Source of the DNA: Eledone cirrhosa
Lineage: Eukaryota
Direction of reading: 5' to 3'
Length of the DNA: 64,000 nt
NCBI GenBank assembly: GCA_964016885.1
Contig: OZ024755.1
Coordinates: 16,430,001-16,494,000, forward strand
The position numbers were made by a program, and so were the translations under genes. The notes under the pieces were generated by a model. That model saw only the letters and a list, made by a program, of their open reading frames with translations. It was not told the origin of the DNA and ran no database searches. The stretch's first letter is position 1. Every line of letters starts with the position of its first letter. Below, in pieces: positions 62,648 through 64,000 of this stretch.

Positions 62648-63873
62648 TACATGTCTATGAGATACATAGCTGAATGGAGCTTAGCTATCTGTAGAGTTAG
62701 AAGAGTGGTTTGCAATACAACCATATCTAGCTATCATCTATCTGTGTGGATTTGTGTCTGCTTCTCTCTATATATATATCTATATGTGTGTGTGTTTGAG
62801 TGTATATGTGTATTTGTGTGCCTGCATCTCTCTATATAACTCTGTGTATACCTCTTTATATATGTGCGTGTGAGAGTGTATATGTGTATGTCTACTCCTC
62901 TATATATATGAGTGTATGTATTAGTCTCTCTCTCTCTCTCTGTGTGTGAAGGCACACAGTTTATTAGTTAGGATATGCGGCTTACGATCATATGTCGAGA
63001 GTTCGATTCCTGTTAGCTACATATCTATCTATCTATACGTCTATCTATCTATCATCTATCTATCTACCTATCTATGTCTGTCTATAGAGCTTATATTTCC
63101 ATCTATTTTACTGTTCAACCGGCCTATGGTGTCTTTTACCATAGTTTCCTGTTGACCTAACGTTTATAATTGTGTATGTGTATGTGTGTGTATGTGTAAA
63201 CATATATGTCCGCGGAATACTCAGTCACTTTATACAATATAACTCAACGAGTAGGTATGGGGTGAAAAATAAAGTTAATGGATCTCCGTCTACTTTGACG
63301 ATACATTCTTTCCAAGTTGTTTTATCAACTGAACAGCCTACCTACCCATTGAGTTATATATATTTATATATTCGTTTCTTCCTTGACTAGTCAGTCAGCT
63401 TGCCTGGTTGGTGCTGAATGGTTCCTGCTAATAAAATAGGAACCATTCTCCACTCCCACCCCGTTTTTGTCGCCGCCGCCGACGCCAATATCTCAACTGC
63501 AACCGCATTCTCCCCCTCTTCTCCCCCTCCTCTCTCCCTCCACACACACACACGCACATGTATGTATAAAGTAATGGTGAAAATGTCTGATATACACATA
63601 CAAAAAGTCTCGCTATTTGAGTGGAGAAGAAAAAAAAAAAAAAAAAAAAACCAATCAACTGAAACCATCTGCCCAATTTCAAGGGAGATAACTCCTATAA
63701 CCTCGGCTGATCCAAGTTTTTTTTTGTTTTGTTTCATTTTATGCAACAATTTCAGACAATGCAATGTGAATAATGGGCCTTGTCTATAAGCCAAGTTGGT
63801 GAAAGCAACAGACATGTTTCGACCTTATTTCGACGAAGCTTATTCATTTTGCAAGTTGACATGAGTTAGATTG

Positions 63874-63938
<65 letters not shown>

Positions 63939-63939
<1 letters not shown>

Positions 63940-64000
63940 CGAAGGAATTGTGGTAAGGAACCAGGTGGACCATAACGCACCAAAGTACTCAATACTTAGG
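63939..64000 (-). mobile_element. 3' end of an 18872-family element (runs off the window)
   Basis: Near identical to 18872-18934. Confidence 0.8.

Noticed and set aside
63790-63860. Minus-strand GTCGAAACATGTC hammerhead half
   Set aside because: No recognisable CUGANGA upstream.

Overview
AT-rich, microsatellite-dominated animal DNA. The repeat landscape looks like an octopus or other cephalopod genome (inference). No host protein-coding gene is clearly supported; there is one weak candidate first exon near 25.4 kb. Nearly all ORFs in the track are translations of (TA)n/(CA)n repeats. Recognisable content: a young 5'-truncated CR1-type LINE (RT ORF still open), three copies of an RTE-derived non-autonomous element, RTE and Expander-like 3' fragments, a decayed Chapaev3-like transposase, many tRNA-derived SINEs, several MITEs, minisatellites, and a 200-N gap with a duplicated flank. 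The main observation is a dense, diverse set of short (100-300 bp) elements sitting in (TA)n arrays. They carry minimal type I hammerhead ribozymes: five look intact or near intact (9785, 14228, 40439, 54494, 61660) and many more are decayed or half copies. One lies directly 3' of a Penelope GIY-YIG ORF. They often form fold-back palindromes centred on the ribozyme. Several otherwise dissimilar families share a small 3' stem-loop, ACTC-TRC-loop-GTA-TT-GAGTAC (9 exact GTATTGAGTAC copies), which is a candidate shared retrotransposition signal. All folding was done by eye and needs computational and biochemical confirmation.
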